DNA of 63,202 nt, the filler included, from Folioceros fuciformis (taxonomy: Eukaryota), in NCBI GenBank assembly GCA_049999805.1. It is 9 parts of 9 records of this genome, joined end to end, with 100 filler letters (N's around TTAATTAATTAA, not from the genome) between each part and the next. Parts side by side here need not be neighbours in the genome. Positions count along the whole stretch, not along the records: positions 52,225 to 63,202 come from JBNGIO010005715.1; 8 more parts are not named here. One strand, given 5' to 3'. The notes under the pieces were generated by a model. The model was not told where the DNA came from, did no database searches, and saw only the letters and a list, made by a program, of their open reading frames with translations. The stretch's first letter is position 1. The number at the start of each line of letters is the position of its first letter. A program made the translations under genes and the position numbers. This document shows positions 62,493 to 63,202 of the stretch, piece after piece.

Positions 62493-63202
62493 TGTGGAGG
62501 CAAAACCCCGGGCACTGATTGCCGACGGGTTCCACCTTTAGTGGCCACACTTATCCCACTGTCGTTGAGACATTGGGTTTCGTTCCCACGAAGGAGCGAT
62601 GGGGTTCCTTGCTGCTGTGGATGGAGGGTCGGACTTGATCAACTCGATGATGGATTCGAGGGCTCCCCTCCAGCTCCGATCGGGCGTAGGACAGGCCTCG
62701 CTGTCCGGCGGTCAGCTGCACCTATCTCGGTGCCCACAAACTCACTCCAGTCACTACAACGACTCTAACCTCTCAGATCTGCGTCTTCCCTCACACACCT
62801 CACTCACTCTCTCACTCCAGCACCAACACCAGCAACTACCAGCAACCAGCAACGACACCACTACCTTCTACACTTCCCTACTGACTCCTCCTACCCGGCA
62901 AGAGTCACTAGACTAACTCCAAACAAAAGGACGAAGGGAACACACTTCCCTCTTGGGTATCTCTTCCCCACAACCTTACCAGACGCCATGAGACATGGCC
63001 GGCCTACAGCACTTGACCAAGCAAGGAACAAGAGTGGACAGGTCGAGAGGAAGACACACCCTTTACAATCAAGAGCTAGGGGCAAGCCCCTTCACCCTGG
63101 TCATTACACCTTGTGATCCTACCAGACACTATACAACGGGCAACACGCTGCCCGCGATCCTACCAGACACTGTACAGCTGGCAACACGCTGCCTGCGATC
63201 CT
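62493..63202 (-). mobile_element. Athila-like 5' LTR (incomplete) with ~42-bp internal tandem repeats at 63113-63202
   Basis: Ends CA next to the PBS. Homologous to 44536+ and 51756+. Confidence 0.9.

Overview
Repeat-dominated land-plant genomic DNA made of nine unrelated contigs joined by artificial 100-bp spacers (44N-TTAATTAATTAA-44N), so adjacency across spacers means nothing. Only two host-type genes are supported: an intact intronless secreted legume-type lectin (minus, 10364-11182) and a Gnk2/DUF26 gene with a 1-nt frameshift (plus, 8224-8623). The rest is nested, mostly decayed Ty1/Copia, Ty3/Gypsy (chromovirus-like and Athila-like) and L1-type LINE sequence, plus minisatellites and telomeric arrays. 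The main result is that two different Copia elements each carry an intron-containing gene on the ANTISENSE strand between the pol stop and the PPT. Each gene ends tail-to-tail with pol, and the two share protein motifs and a phase-1 intron at the same position. This is a candidate undescribed Copia accessory gene family. Other notable points: four LTRs with non-canonical TA termini; a ~5 kb GC-rich LTR family that starts with a palindrome and carries telomere-like arrays; a telomere tract that begins ~60 bp into a related LTR; L1 elements with a ~5 kb ORF1 and a TAAATG stop-start junction; and a pogo-like TIR with a 17-bp subterminal array. All alignments were done by eye and no database was searched.
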